From Carcharhinus amblyrhynchos (Eukaryota): a DNA stretch of 64,000 nucleotides. Location of the stretch: NCBI GenBank assembly GCA_965287045.1, contig OZ336875.1, positions 29,574,001 through 29,638,000 of the forward strand. Direction: 5' to 3'. Both the position numbers and the translations under genes were made by a program. Below, in pieces: positions 1 through 14,569 of this stretch. The notes below the pieces were generated by a model. It was not told the DNA's origin. It saw only the letters and a list, made by a program, of their open reading frames with translations, and searched no databases. Numbering within the stretch: the stretch's first letter is position 1; each line of letters begins with the position of its first letter.

Positions 1-235
1 AGTGCCAATGCAGATGAAATACAGGGATATGCTGACAGAAATGACCTTGAAATGGTTCTATGAAACCCTCAACACTCCCTATGGATCTCAATCCCTTGGA
101 AGTGATTTCAATGCAAGAGTGGGGTGTGACTCTGTAATCTGGCAGGGAGTTGTTGGGAGGCATGGAGTGGGCAAGTGCAACAGTAACAGCCCCCCCCTTC
201 CTGAGTACAGATGGTACAACTCTCATTACAGAGGG
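1..235 (+). mobile_element. Degenerate non-LTR retrotransposon (RTE-like) APE endonuclease fragment
   Basis: ORF 2..265 contains [10 protein letters not shown]...[16 protein letters not shown], resembling the GDFNARVG...GKCNSNG motif of RTE-clade endonucleases. Confidence 0.65.
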
Positions 236-3200
236 CTCAGATGTTGGGTTTTGCGGGCTGGTTGAGTATGGTCTGTACTCTGCCCACTCTGCACAACCAA
301 AGGAACATGCTATGTCTTTGTACAACCAATTGCTGGAATGCATGGCCTACAAAATAAGCATTGCACTGGCAGTGAAATTTATACATGATATTCTTCTGAC
401 CACACGATTTGAACAATGTATATATGATTTTGTTGTCTTCATACCTGGTACTGCAACAATCAGTCCCAACAAATAGGCAGTTCAAAGGAATTTTATTAAA
501 AATAGCGATCACGTCCCTACTCAAACATTGAACTTACTTAATAGATGTCCTTGTGATAACATTTTGGCGATGTGTGGCATAGGCTTTCCATACAAGTACA
601 GTTTTATTTTGGAAAAAACCTTGGCTATGAGGTTAAATGGAATCAACTTTTTAGTAACGATGTTCAAATCCTTGGATGTGAGCCAGTCCTTACAGATCTA
701 TTGAGTGTAAAGACTTGTTTTTGTGTTGATTCTGAAACATTCATTTTAGGCACAAGGGCCAGATGAGCAATAATTTACCTGATTGTAGATCATTTTGTTG
801 CTTGGTGAACACTGAGGCTTCATCTATACAATGCAGCCTTGTATTTGTTACTGCTCACCAGCTATTCAGTGAGGAAAAGATTGAAGGTTTGACTGTAGAA
901 GAGACATTATGAGCTAATTTGATTGGTATGAGGCAGCTGACTTTGGACGACCCCCAAAATGAAAGCTCTCAATAGTTGTTAGGCTGCTGTTTCTCAGAAT
1001 CAATGTGGTGTTGTCATGTCATTCCTTTTAATGTCATCAGCACCATTTGAGTACTGTCCTTTGGGAGTGGAAACATTCATTAATTGGATAAGTAAAACAA
1101 TTTTTATTACTGCTGTTTTATCACTGTTTCGAATAAATTGTTTATATCTGTGGTATTTTCTGCTTTTCGCTCATGGTTAGACCAATGATGGGCACCTTGA
1201 GTCTAATGAGTGGGTCATCTCAGTGGGTCACAAGATTGAAATTGGGCATGTTCACGAGCCGTGACCCCCATGAATAAGATTGAATACATTTAGTGCAAGT
1301 TGAATATTTCACCAGAAGTTGAAAATGCTTAATCATTCATAATCGTAGAGTTGCCTTCAACCTTAAATGGTAAAAGAAAATATTTGTGCTTTGGACATAG
1401 AGCACGCAGCTTTCATAGTCAGTGTTGTGTGGAATTAGCGTGCACGTGCCCTTGCTTTATCATTTTAGGCATACTAGTAGAAAAAGAACTGTGGATGGAA
1501 ACGAGCAAAATCTGGCAACTCAATGTAGCTACAGTCAACAAAATGTCTTGTAGGCTGCACTCAGAATCCTGATGGGCTGCAGGTTGCGCAGCACTGGTTA
1601 GACATTCTATTGTCGTTCTAAAATCAAAAGGATTCTGCAATCCCAGAAAGACTTGGTCCTGTGCATTCCAGACTGTAGCTTACTCGCTGGGTGTTGGGAT
1701 TTGGATATGCTAAGTTTATCTACTGCCTGTTTTTTTTTAAAAAAGACACCATTGACTCCTCTTTAGTCTCATCATGAAGTAGCAGCTAGGTAATGACTTA
1801 TGATGTGGATTGGCCACTGCTCTGTGTTTTGGAATCTGTATGAATCCACTTTCCAGCCATCACATTGCCTTCTGTCTGCTTACGATTGGTGAAAACGGCA
1901 CAAAACAGTCTCCGTCAAAGCTTACAATAAAACCAAGGGTAAAACAACTAAAGCATTCTGAACCAGTGGAATTGTATTCCTAACCCACTCCCTAGTTCCA
2001 CTGCTGCTGCATAATTGTGGGAAGTTTCAGTTACGTGGCTGAACTATGAGCTGTTTCATTAGCTTCCAGCTTGCACAATTGTGATGAAAGGCAGAATAAG
2101 TAGGTTTGTCTGTGGACGTAACAAACAGGGGTAGAACTGAGACTCCAATTATTACAGAGACTCTTTGACCAAAACCGTAACCTGCTTTTCTTTGGATTCT
2201 GATGACTGTAATTTGCACTTCCAACAGTTTTGACTTTCACGTCTCCAAGGATACAGTTTTTTTTTCTTTGATCTATTACCAATATCCTCATTGCATCGTG
2301 TGCTCCATTTCCTATGAAATCTCACATCTACGTGTGTAGATGGTGCATCAGAGCTACTGAACTTCAAAAATGTCAACAGCGTAGTTTATTGCTTCAACAA
2401 CAGGATTAAATAACTTGGATTGGGTATTTAGTTGGTCAACTAGACTTTTACAAACTTGCTGTTGGGTCATTGCAATGCATGTCATTCTGTGTAATTCATG
2501 GAGAATTTTATGATGGCTACCAAATGTATCTAGATGAGGCAAAACGCCAACTAGACTGTTCCAGAACTGTCCAGAAAGTACATGTTTGAGAGTTAAGGCT
2601 GCCTGAGTTGGAACATGTCCTACCTGTAGTGTAAGGGTCCTATGACTGTCAAAGCCCAGGCAATATTTGAATTCTGTGGTTGTGGTGATGTGCACAAAAA
2701 ACTGTTTATTTAGCACTACCTTTTTATAAATACAAATGTGCACAAATCAATAGAAATGTGGATTTAATCTGTCATCCTGCACCTCAATAACGTGGACCTG
2801 AATAACACAAAGGTAAATGTGTAGTCACCTGGACAGTGGGAAATTTTATGTTGTAATGTTTGTGTAGATAATACCTGTTTATTGATAGGGCAATACAGGC
2901 CCTATCAATAGTATTGGGAAGTGAACATAAGGAAGTTTTGAGTGTGGAAAATGCTACAAACCTCTGAACACAACATTTCAAGGGGAAATTTTGTGCCTCA
3001 GTCCCAGAGTACAAGGAAGTGCCTGTGTCGAAACAATCTGTGTGGTTTGTTTCTCCCCTACTACACGCTACTGTTTTCTATTTATTGTTTTAGTTTCCTC
3101 CTGTTGCCCCTTTAGTTCATATCCAACTCGAAATTTTAAAGAGGGAAGCAGTCAGGGAGCAATTGGTTCTAGATTTCTTCTAAGACCCAGTTAATTTAAC

Positions 3201-4025
3201 TTGATGAGAAAACAGGAAACGTACAATAAGAAGTGATCTCATTTGGGGAACTGGGCCTGTCAAGGACCCAAATTAACCTTATCACCATGTGTGCTAATTA
3301 AGCTGCTTCACCCTGTTGCAAACTCAGTAATTCCCCTGTTCCAAGCTGTTAAATTTTTTTCAACACTTGTTGTCAGGCTACTATAAAGGGACATTCATAG
3401 TGCAGTTCAAAGAGAAAACATGACCAGAAACTTGACGTGTCCAAGATAATGAACAGATGGTACCATGGTGATTTTGAAGGTTGCAGATGTTCCTTATTGG
3501 TATTCTTGTTGCCTGGATGCACCAGAGGATGAAAACCTTCTTTGGATCCCAGTTTTATAATTTGCAGCTTGCTGCTGTAAAAGTGTGCACAGTGAGGGCT
3601 TTGTTAGAGTTCAGCATACCAGAATAGAGCCTCTCTTCAATTTCGCAGCAGCAATTCGAGAGTTTTATTTAGCCTTGCATCTTATCAAGTAGCTCAGTAC
3701 CAGTTCCTGATGTTGATTTCACAGATGGCCTTTAGTGTTGGCCTGTGTACATTGTAGCACCTGTAGTGCTGGGGCCTGTGCTTCAGTCGGTGGTTCAGCA
3801 GGTGTGTACAATTAGTCGTACCTTTCAGCCTCTTTGAAAAGCTGTGTAATATCTTCCCAAAGGCAAAGGGGGTGGAATTCAATGCTTTCCAAGATCTCTA
3901 CTGAAGGCCACGCCTCCCAAGATATCTTAAGCAAATTGAATTCCTCTTGCATTAAAACGATGAAAGCTAAATGCATTGGGTTCAGTTTTCACAAACACTA
4001 ACTCCACCTAAAATAAAAAGCTGAT

Positions 4026-4185
4026 AAAGAAAATGTAATTGCTCGAAATATGAAACAAAACAAAGTTAGAGCTCAGCCAGCAGTCAACTGTGGAGAGAGT
4101 AGAAGATGAGTCTGTACCTGAAATGTAAACTTAACTGCACTTTCCACAGATGCTGACTAAACTTTTGTTTTCAGTCTTTTTTATT
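4026..4185. mobile_element. Degenerate Penelope-derived foldback repeat
   Basis: ctgtggagagag ... ttccacagatgctg inverted arms, similar to copies at 20281, 30708, 47421 and 51477. Confidence 0.55.
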
Positions 4186-5159
4186 TTGCCCCAATTTCCC
4201 TACTTGTCTTATAAAAAGCCATATCCGGATAGAGGTCATGTACTTGTCATGAAAAATCTTCAGCTGTACCTAATATTCTCAGTCATGCAAAGTGGCTGGT
4301 AGGAACTAAAGTACACAAAATACAGTTCCTCCTCTGAAAAGTTTTTGCAGATGCATCCAAATATTTGGTTCAATTTTCCAGTTATGCAAACTATAATGGA
4401 TAACAACTCCATAACCTGTGTGTGAAGTGGCTTGCTGATTACGGTCACTTTATTGATAAGTTGGAACTGACTAAGAAGTAGAACTCCTCTGTTTGTTTGT
4501 GAATATCTTGTTGGAAATAGTGATGTGACTATTTTGGTGAATCCTCAGACACTTCCACAGACGCGTGGACTTCCGTGAAATGCATAGTGACGTCCACCCC
4601 TCCAATGCCTCTATATTGTCAGATTGCTTTCTGACATCCAGTCTTGAAAAAACCTGCATTGGAAGACTACTGCAATCCTCTTTTGACCCCAGCTGTAAAC
4701 TCTATCACTGTTTCGGGTAGAGAAAAGGGCATTCTCATCCTATTGAACGCAATCTGAGTTTTCAGCAGCCTCTTCCCTCCCCCCATTACAAAGACAGCTT
4801 AATTCTGCACACACACTATTACCTGCAGTCCCTCAGCTAATTTACTACTGCCAAGATCTTTATGCATACTTTTGACATCTTCGTAGGCATTGCTGTAACA
4901 CTGTCTTCGTTGTTATCTCATCATGTAACTTCCAATTCCAAAAAGAAGTCATGTTATCCAAGACAGACTGTATCCTGTCTAGTTCACTCTGTCCTAACTA
5001 ATGAAATTAGTTTCTAGCCCTGAATTTGAAATTCAAATTATTTTAAAACTTCTTTTGTAGACTCAGCTGTTCCTATTGTTCACTCCTTTTTGGCTGATCA
5101 GGTTTACTGCACCTTCAGCCACCAAGGCACACACTTGGAGATTCTAGACTCTTGGAAAT

Positions 5160-5285
5160 GAGGACTTTGGGAAGAATGCAGGAGTATGACGTTGTGACGG
5201 AGGATCAGCCATGCTCCTATTGAATGGTAGAGCAGGCTCAGAGAACCAAATGACCTATTCCTGTCCCTGTTTTTTTTTTGTTTCT
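5160..5285 (+). mobile_element. CR1 LINE 3' end fragment
   Basis: gatcagccatg...tgaatggtagagcaggctc...tgacctattcctgtccc resembles the tail of the 49897-50667 element. Confidence 0.6.
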
Positions 5286-5589
5286 AATTCCATCCCTAAA
5301 AACCCATTGCATTTACATCTACCTTTTTTTTTGTAAGACCTTGTTTTAAAAACTATCTCTTTGATCAAACTTTTTATTATTAATACTGCCGCTGCCTTTT
5401 GAGCATTTGTCCTTGGATCATAACATGCTGTGAAGTTTTCTACAATAAAATGTGCTTCACAAACAAGTTAATTCTTTTCATGGTCAAAGCGTTTAATTAT
5501 TTCCTTTCTTGACCACTGGCACTCACTACACATCACAGTGTACTCAATATTTTCCCTTTTATACCAGATACTCTACCTTTCTGATATTA

Positions 5590-5805
5590 ATTGCAGAATA
5601 AATAATGGCTAGAACCCCAAGAACACCCAGTTTTTGGAATAGTGTCATGTGATCTCTTCATGACTTAGGGATTTGGTTTAACATTTCACCACCTCCAATA
5701 CTCCCTTCAGTACTGAAGTAGCAGCCCAAGTAATGTACTCAGGCCTGTGGAGTGGGGCTTGGACACAACCATCTGACCGACGTGAATAAGCAGCCACTGA
5801 ACCAA
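5590..5805 (-). mobile_element. Degenerate Deu-domain SINE
   Basis: Reverse complement resembles the 45050 element (aatagtgtcatgtgatct, ctcccttcagtactg, tRNA-like head cagccactgaaccaaggc). Confidence 0.45.
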
Positions 5806-8065
5806 GGCTTTTCATGCACAAGAGAGAAGTTCATGGACTCTGAATTGAAATTGCAGTCCAAGTTCTAAAAGATGACAACTTGAGGTCCTAAATTCCAACT
5901 TACTTAAATGTTTCCTCAAGTGGCAAGGCTGGTCACTGTTGTGCCAACTGAGTGTTGTGATTCGAGTTCGTTGTTTTTCTGTTTAATTGAATTGGTATCA
6001 GACTTTTGCAACTGTTGTACAGATTTGGTCATTTTCTACATTTAATGAGCACCTATGATCTTTGTTCAGTGTGAAAATCCAGGGTGTAGAATGCTCACCA
6101 AGGTTGATTTCTCTCCCTATTCAATTTAATGTCATGGGCTATTTCCTCTTTAACAGAGTAGGAAGTTATCTTGATACCCAATTCAATATTTCCCCATCTG
6201 CACATCCAACCAAACAATATGGTTGCTTATCTCCTTTTGTTGCTGTTGCCAAATTATTATTGCTTTTATCTTTGTAATTGTCCCTTCACATCAATAATAA
6301 TTGTTTGTAATGCATTTCTCCAATTCCACTGATTTGAAAATCCCAAATACACCAATGAAGCTGAAAACTGATTTCAGGCCAAAAACACTTTAGGCTTTGC
6401 TCGTGTTTTACTTTCAATGTTACTTTCCAGATGAACGATGATCTAAATTGGCTAGAATGTATGTTTCTTCCTTATCACTTGAGGCGCTGAAGAATATGCA
6501 AAAGAATAGTGGGCGGGGGAGAAGGAATGATTGGGGGTGGCTTCTGTGTTGCATACATTTTCCATTCCTCTCACTAAGCGTGCTGTAAATGAAAGATCCC
6601 ACACAATGTGGCAGAATATTTCCAGTGTTTTATACTGATATGTGATTTCAAACTGCTGCTGCCAATTACTGAGATGTGGGTTCTATTTAAAAGTTAAGCA
6701 GTACCTCTTTTTGGCAATAGTGTCAACTCCCTCTATAGTTTTGTGTACCTGTATTATTATAAAAGCTGACTTGAGCTTTCTATTCCAGCTTTGACAAGCA
6801 TTTGATGTTCAAGCACTTGATGTTCAAGCACTTGAATATTAGCATAAGTTTATTTATAATAGTTTTCTTGGCCCATTGGTAGGGATGTGAACTTCATGAG
6901 AAATCGCTTAACGTTCTTTCCATCCCTTGCATATCTCTGCAGTAGCTTGCAATAACTGCTTGTGTGATTGGCACATAGCATTAGTCCATGAAAAGTAACC
7001 TCTGTATCTTTTTGATTGCATCTGTCACTGGCACAAAATCACCTGAAATAAATCACTATCAGAAACCCTAACATTCATTACTTGAGAACAGTGGGGTGGT
7101 AGGGGTGAAGCATAATCATTTAGTGGTTGAATTTTGGAAGACGACCTGTTGTTAAATTTCATATTTATGCAGAAATGAAAGATGCCCGTTCCTTTTTAAA
7201 CTGGACCGTTGAAACTGTCATTTGCTGCTTGTCCAGACTGGAATTGGCCATAACTAAAAGATGTGGGTTATGAGTGACTTGCATGTTGGACCTTAGTGCG
7301 CGCACAGGAGATCTGTGAGTAAATGCCATTGGGCATGCTGCTGTGCAGGAATATTTTGCAGGGATTTATTTTGGTGGGTAGGATTCCTGTGGATTTGTTA
7401 AACCACAGCAAAGATGGATTTATGACGATGCAAAATTGAATTACAGCCTTGAACTCACTACCAGCTAATGTTTTAAAATTGATTTTAGATTTCAGGTTAT
7501 AGGTATGCAAATTGAATTTTGAGGCTGGAAGTTGTGTGAGAAGTTGATTACTTCTCTGGAAGGAATATGCAATGGGCATTGTTTGTTTTTGTTTCCAACA
7601 CCATCAAACTTTGCTCCTGGTTTCCCCTTGTGAATTATTGGTTTCAACAATACTCTATTTTAGTTTGAAAAACATTATCTCTCTTGTGAAATAAATAATC
7701 TTTCCACCTGCATCAGTGTTCATTTTGTGGTGAATCTGCTGCTGTGTTTTAGTGCCAACAGTGACTGTGGGTAGCCCCACGTGCAGGGTTCCCACTAACC
7801 GAGTCAGTAAGTACATTCAAATACTGCAATAGAATAGGACTTGGTATCATTTACACGTTTAGTGTTGTCTTTTTTTGAACATGCAGAAAGAGGCTCATAA
7901 CACTGACTTAAATGCTACCTAGAGTCAATGCTGATGTCCATGTTAGAAATATTCCTGTTTTTGGAGTGAGGGTAAATCCACAAATTGTCCTGGTGGTGGT
8001 TGCACCTGAACATGTTAATTATGAAGGTTATGCTTGGCTAAGCTTTGTAAACAATCCTGAGGTTT

Positions 8066-8718
8066 TGTAAGATTTTTTTAAAAAACTGTTTCCTTAAGAT
8101 GAAAGGGCATAATGAGTCATGTGATCTATGGATTCTGCCCAGCAACAGGCCATATGGCTTGGTTACCAGGAGCCCAGGTCAAGTGCATGTGCTAAAATGT
8201 ACATGCCAGGTTTTACACCTGAAACTAAAGGCAGAAGCAGCTGTTCTTGTTTAATGCAGACTTTTGAACAGGAATGGGGTTAGTCTGGGGGTGGAGTCAT
8301 AGGTCGAAGCAGCTGCAAACAACAAGGAAACAGCTGTTCAGTGTTAGCCATCAGTGCAGCTGGAGGTCGATTTTGGGATTCAGAAGATGGAGCGAGTTAC
8401 AGCTCAGTGAAATCGGGATAAGTGAACTTGGTAGAAACGCGGAATGACTTTGGACTGTTTGCTGAAAAGACCGACAATTCTGCAGAGAGAGGGTGCTGTT
8501 GAAGTATGTGTTATGGGATTATCAGTTGTGTTAAAATACTTGAGGGATTCCTCTTTCTTTGGAACGTTCATTGCCTACTAAATGTTTTATTAACGTTGCT
8601 GTTAGCTTGTTTGTTGCAGTAAAAGACTTGATTTGAAATCCTGCCATACAATTTGTTCATTGGAAATGCAAGTATCTTTTTTTTTTAAGTCATTTGGTCT
8701 CTAATAGGAATTGTAACA
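8066..8718. mobile_element. Probable solo LTR (Gypsy-type)
   Basis: Begins TGTAAGA and ends TGTAACA (TG..CA); flanks are gttt/gttg (3 of 4 match); 653 bp. Confidence 0.4.
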
Positions 8719-8974
8719 GTTGATTTATTAAAAAGCCTTTGATCCTGGGAACAGACCAAGGTTGTATCACATCTGGGTAGCTATGTGGAGCAGGTTGTAA
8801 AGTGTGATTCATGGAAACGTGTACCTGTAATAATTAAATCAAGAAAAATATCTGTGGCATGTTGTAAGATTTGGTCTAAAATTAGATTCTAGCTGAATTA
8901 AAACTTGCAGTGTCAATTTGGCTCGATCTGCAGCCTCAGGTTTTGCCATAATTCTCTTGTAGAGTCATTAAATC

Positions 8975-9278
8975 CATAATTCCCTAACATGCAGTAGGAG
9001 GCCATTCAGCTCATCAAATCTGCACTTTCTCAATCCGCCCCCTCCTATCCCCGTAACCCCACGCAGTTACCATGGTTAATTCATTTAACCTATACACCTT
9101 TTGGACACCAAGAGGCAATTTAGCACTGCGAATCCGTATAAACTACACCTTTGAACTGTGGGGAAAAAACTGGAGCACCTGGAGGAAACCCACTCTGACA
9201 GGGAGAGAATGTGCAAACTCTACATAGACAGCCACCCAAAGTTGGAATTGAAGCCAGGTCCTTGGCACTGTGAAGCTG
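8975..9278 (-). mobile_element. V-SINE (HE1-like) with CR1-type tail
   Basis: ggagcacctggaggaaaccca...gaatgtgcaaactc is the reverse V-domain; ggaattgaagccaggtcc is the reverse B-box region; ggaggccattcagc is the reverse tail. Confidence 0.8.
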
Positions 9279-12200
9279 CTTCCTTTTATTCACCTCATTC
9301 TGTTAAAAATAAACTGTATTTAGTCTTTGTATTATGAAGTATTGACCAAAAGCCATACAATTTTGTAAACCAGTTACACCATCTATGTAATTAAAGAAAT
9401 CAAATATGAAAGAATGAGTACTGCAGAGGATTAAAAATGGTCCACAGGCCTTTTTTTTGCATAGTTTGATAACGGTTTGTGCAGTGTGTGGGGATAGAAA
9501 ATGAAATGCTGCAAATGTTTTTCTGCTGTACTTTTCACTTTATGGGAACTGTAACTGGCACTGCATATCCTGAGGAATTGAGAATCTGAAATCTAGCCAG
9601 AACTCTCCACTCTGAAGAATAAATGAGGGACACATGGTTTTGGCACAAATATCAAATGTTCCTCCAAGAGTTTTTCAACTTTGCAATTAAATTTTCTCAC
9701 TGGTCAATAACCTGTTCTGATTGTATTTAATAAAATTTCAAGCTTTTGGCATAATATTTTCTTTATAAACTTGAGCAGAATTAGGAAATTTTGAGTTATG
9801 TTTTTAGAGCATTGGCATTCAGTGAACATCTTGGACAATGTATACTTGCCTTCTAAACATATACTTGATTTTTTTTTTCTTTCACTGTCTTTAATGCGGA
9901 AGTTGGGAAATGCTTGTTCATTCTGTAAATATATTTTTTTTCTCCTAAGGCATTGGGGATGTGGAAAGTGTAAATAATTTAGGTGATATTCTGTATCAAG
10001 TGGGTGGATGCACAAGGAACTAGCTTCTAATTTTCCTTTCACGGATTCTTGCAGCCACCAAAGCCGAGAGCCTTCATCCAGTCATCTCGGGTGACATCTG
10101 CACTATGGTGTCTCATCATTTCAATGAATTTTTAATTGGAAGTAGCCTGCCTCGATTAGTTCATTGTGGGATCTCCCAAGAAATGCCCAAATGTACAATA
10201 TAATCTTCTGAGGTTTCTCACTTTTAAACTAATCTAACTATGAATTTGTTTGTTTGACATGGCTACTTTGTGTTTAAATGCTGTGTCAGTTCAGGAAATT
10301 CTGCTATCTTCATGTTGTGAAGGAAGCAACATGTAACATTTTGAAGGCTCGTATTTTGTTTGGGCACCCAGCCAGTCATTTTCTTTACAAATTTACAAGT
10401 TCTTTCATCCCCCTCCAAAGTGTTTTGTTTTCCTTGCACAACTGTGGATCTTATGATGCAGCCAGTTTCCTGTTGAACTTAAAAGCGAGTTTATTGTATT
10501 ATCTCCGTGTATTTAAAGATATTTATCCGGGAGAGGCATGCATCAGGGGAGAATAGCATCAGGTTACTTGTCTTGCATTAACCAACATGCCATTAATAAT
10601 CACTAATGTCAATTTTTGTTTAGTCGGCCAAAGCCTGGTAAACACAGGAAGAAATGGATTTATGGGTAACTACTGCCACAGCAGGTTGGATATCAAATAA
10701 TATACTGAACGAGGCTTGAATTTGGGTTTGACCCTGCAATTTCACACTTGTAAGTTAGAGTGGAAGGAATTGTCTCCATTTCAACTGAATCAACTAAATT
10801 ATGGCAACGGATGAAAATTTATTTTTGATTTGTTCTGCCTCACTCCTTCCTCTGATACTGGAGAGCCAAAAATATTCTGCTGTGACTGTTATGTTTGTCC
10901 AGTTAGCACTGAAATACAGGCTATCTGGAAACGTGAGGTACTGTAGCCAACTCTTAATATCGTGAAGCCATGGAAGAAATTGATTCTGCTAGTGTTTTAT
11001 AGTGGACAACTTGATTTAAGCACACTGGCGTTTGCCATTGCAATGCTTAAAGTTTTGCATGCTAACTTGTAATGAATAGCCTGCTGATTATATAGTTACT
11101 CTTCCTTCCGATTGGAATATAAGCAGCCGTCTGCATTGAAAAAGTTAATAGCTGAAACTCAGGTATGTTATATGTAACCACAATGCTGTTTTGTGGTCAT
11201 TCTGCATTAATTTTCTGCAAAGATAATATGTTGTGTTTTTTAATACTCTTGCGTACTGTTGCATGAATAAACTCATAATCCAAGAGATAAGAGTTCACAT
11301 CCCATATGCCAGTTTGAGAATTTAACTTTAATTTTCATTTAAATCTAGAAATGAAATCTGGTATCAGTAAATAAATGTGACCAAAAATGCTGTTGGATTT
11401 AGGAAAAAAAACAATTGGTTCATTTTAATATAACTAACTAGTTAAATTCAGAGTACCGATTTAAAGTAGGTTACCTTGAATAAAGTAGATTAGAGATGGA
11501 TCTAATAGTTTAAGACGATTAACGTAGTCTAGGGTAGATTTGAACTATTTTCTCTAGTGGAGATTGCAGAAAGTCGAGCTGGGCTGTTCAAGAGTGACAC
11601 CAGAAAGCACTTCTTTATTCAAAAGATAGTGAAATAGGGAAATGTTCTCTTTCCCCTTCCTTCCCTCAGAAGCCCATGAGGCTAGAATCTGTTGTAATGA
11701 GCAGCTTCAAAAGGGCAGTTCATCAAAGATTCTCACCATCTAGGGCTAGGCAATACATGCTGCGTTTGTGAACAAGATCAGTCTCAATGGACAATATCAG
11801 AAAACGATCTGATTGGAGTCTATTTATTGCAACATGAAACTATTTATAGCATGTGCTGACCATAGTCCTGGTGCATTCCACTTTTGCAATAAAAATAGTC
11901 TAGCCATCCAGAGACTGGCAGTGGGAACAAAAGATTTAAATATTCAAAATGTTGGTTTTTTAAGTGGATTCAGAAAGGAGAAAAGTGAATTAATATTGAA
12001 GTAAACACTTAATTGATTTGTGCCATCTGTGTTTCAATGGAAAGCTACTTTTTTTTTAGCTGTTTACTTAGTTGCAGATAGTTTTCAAGCAGTACTTGTC
12101 AACACTCAACTTTTAACTCCCCAGTATTAAACCTTTCTATCTCTGGTTCCTACGTCTCTAACTATAAGGGAAAAGCAAAATGGTTTTCTAGTTGTTTGTT

Positions 12201-12284
12201 TCGATACCGAAGGTGGCGGGGCAGTGACTTGACTTTTTTAAAATTCTTAACATCTGGTAGAATCATTCATTGTCTTTTTATGCC

Positions 12285-12590
12285 TCTGTTGGTGACACCC
12301 TTTCTTCTGAATCAGAAGGTATATTCTTGAGCAAGCAGTCTAGGTTGTCATTCCAGTGCTGTACTGACAGACTGCTGCACTGTCAGAGGTGGCATCTTTT
12401 GGACAAGATGTTAAACCAAGTCTTAACCTGCTATCTCAGGTGGTTGTTAAAGAATGTGGCGCTATCTCAAACAAGTAGAGAGGCTGGGAAGTGATTTTAT
12501 CATCCCTTGATCAAGCTCGCAAAAACGGGTGATCTGGTCATTACAAAGCTTTTTGCTCTGGTCATTAAGGTGTTACAAATGCAAGTTCTT
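12285..12590 (+). mobile_element. Degenerate Deu-domain SINE
   Basis: gcactgtcagaggtggcatcttttggacaagatgttaaacc ... gatctggtcatt parallels the 45050 copy. Confidence 0.6.
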
Positions 12591-13964
12591 TACTGTTTGC
12601 TTAAATTTCTGATGTTTCAACATTTGCACAAATAAATGCAGAATGAACTGATCTATCATTATCCTACAAACCATATTGACTTGCATTTGAACAATTCTTC
12701 ATGTTTAAAAAAACTGGGTCACATTTAATAACTTTGCCTTTCATTTTGCTCCCAAGTTGTGAATAGCAATCATGGTGTCCCACATGACTTCTAATTTTGA
12801 TCCAATTTGATTTCCAAATTCAGATGTAAGCTAATGTCCTCTATCCCACCCTCTGTTGTAGGCCTATTGATTTGTATTTAATGAAATGTGAACATTTAGG
12901 AACCAGCTGTTGAAAAATCGTGTGAATGTAATAATTTCTGTCATAGCAAATATCAGAATTGGAGAATCTTCTACAATTTCCAAAAAAAAATCTGCTTAAT
13001 GCAGACTGTCCTTGTTTTGAGATTTTTTTCTAAATAAAAGAATACTGCATTTTTGCACTCAATGTGTGAGCCCATCTAGCGTACATTTATTATCAATCAT
13101 TATAATTGATGAGATAAGTATGCTTACTGCTGCTTAGAAATTTAATGTTGCACAGAAAAAAGAGTTTATCAGATTTTGCTCATGATACACAAAAGAGGAT
13201 TTTTTTTAAAGATTATAACAGTGTTAGCGCTGACAGCCATTTTTTTTAAATTTGGAATAGTTCAGTTGGCCTATAATTGCTCAGTTCTAAGTGCTTCTCT
13301 GCAAATGAGTGTTCAGCTGTTGGGACTGACTTTTAAGCTTGATTTACTTTTTAAATTATTGAGATTTTGATGTGGAGACATCTTGATCAAATATTAATAG
13401 GATAGACAAAAGGATATTGCTTCTGCCCCAACGCATTTCCCCCTTCATCTCCCAACCCCCAAAATTCACAAAATAAATATGTACCACAGCAATTGGGTTT
13501 ATCCCTAAAATTAGATTGCTCACAAGCACTTGATTTTTTTAAATGCATTTTTTAAAATGAGAGAAAATAGATTGTATTTACAGAAACATGTTTCATTCAT
13601 CTCTGCTACAAGTAGGCTGTTTCTTAACACTAGATTGTTTGTTTAACAATATTTAAAAATCTTTTCGAACTTTTCTCATACCTTGAAGTCCAAAAAAAAG
13701 CTTAATTTGAAGCTGAGCCATATCCCTAATTGTCCTTGAGCGTGTGGTTAGTAGATGACTAAACACCTGATTAAAAGAGCAGGTGGGAGTCTCAGAATCC
13801 TCTGGCAGGTGGTTAGTCTCCTGCCTCCCCAAGCCCGTTCACTAACTTCTGACTCATGTCTTGTAGAATGGTGGAATACTCTTCACTTGCCTGAATGAGT
13901 CTGGTTCCAAAAACACTCTGCAGCTTACTCCAGGACAAAGCTACTCACTTGATAGGTCTTTGTA

Positions 13965-14378
13965 GGTTTTATGAGGAAAGGTTGAAGGAGCTAAGGCTTC
14001 TCTCTTTCGAGCGGAGGAGGATGAGAGGTGACTTAAGAGGTTTATGAGATGATGAGGGGGATAGATAGAGTGGACGTTAAGAGACTATTTCCTCGAGTGG
14101 ATGTAGCTGTTACTAGAGGATACAACTTTAAGGTTCGTGGTGCGAGATATAGGAGGGATGTCCGAGGTAGGCTCTTTACTCAGTGGTTGGGGTGTGGAAT
14201 GGACTACCTGCTATGATAGTGAAGTCGGACACTTCAGGAACTTTCAAGTGGTTATTGGATAGGCACATGGAGCACACCAGAGTGATGGGGAGTGGGATAA
14301 CTTGATCTTGGTTTCAGACAAAGCATGGTACAACATTTGAGGGCTGGAGGGCCTGTACTGTTCTATATTTCTATGTTT
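13965..14378 (+). mobile_element. 5'-truncated CR1 LINE (ORF2 C-terminus and 3' UTR)
   Basis: tatgaggaaaggttgaaggagct (YEERL) ... gggcctgtactgttctatatttctatgttt tail. Confidence 0.85.
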
Positions 14379-14569
14379 TGATCTGCACTCTATCTCCTAA
14401 CTTAAACATTCACCCCCTCCACCAAGGACACACAGTAGCAGAAGTGTATGTTGATAACTTGGTGTTACATTATTACAGTTTAATGGCAATTGTGTTGTTG
14501 AATAGATGCATCTATAAATGGAAATACCTAGAACACTTGTGGTACAGTGCATTGTTGACTGAACTAAAT

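Noticed and set aside
2681-3287. Possible LTR/TIR element bounded by tggtgat...atcacca
   Set aside because: Only a 7-bp inverted match with no TSD; compatible with chance.
6797-6835. 15-bp tandem repeat aagcacttgatgttc x2.5
   Set aside because: Simple slippage duplication with no spacers; not CRISPR-like.
11100-11168. Good donor cag|gtatgt suggesting a non-coding 5' exon
   Set aside because: No supporting acceptor, promoter or CpG island; such motifs are common by chance.
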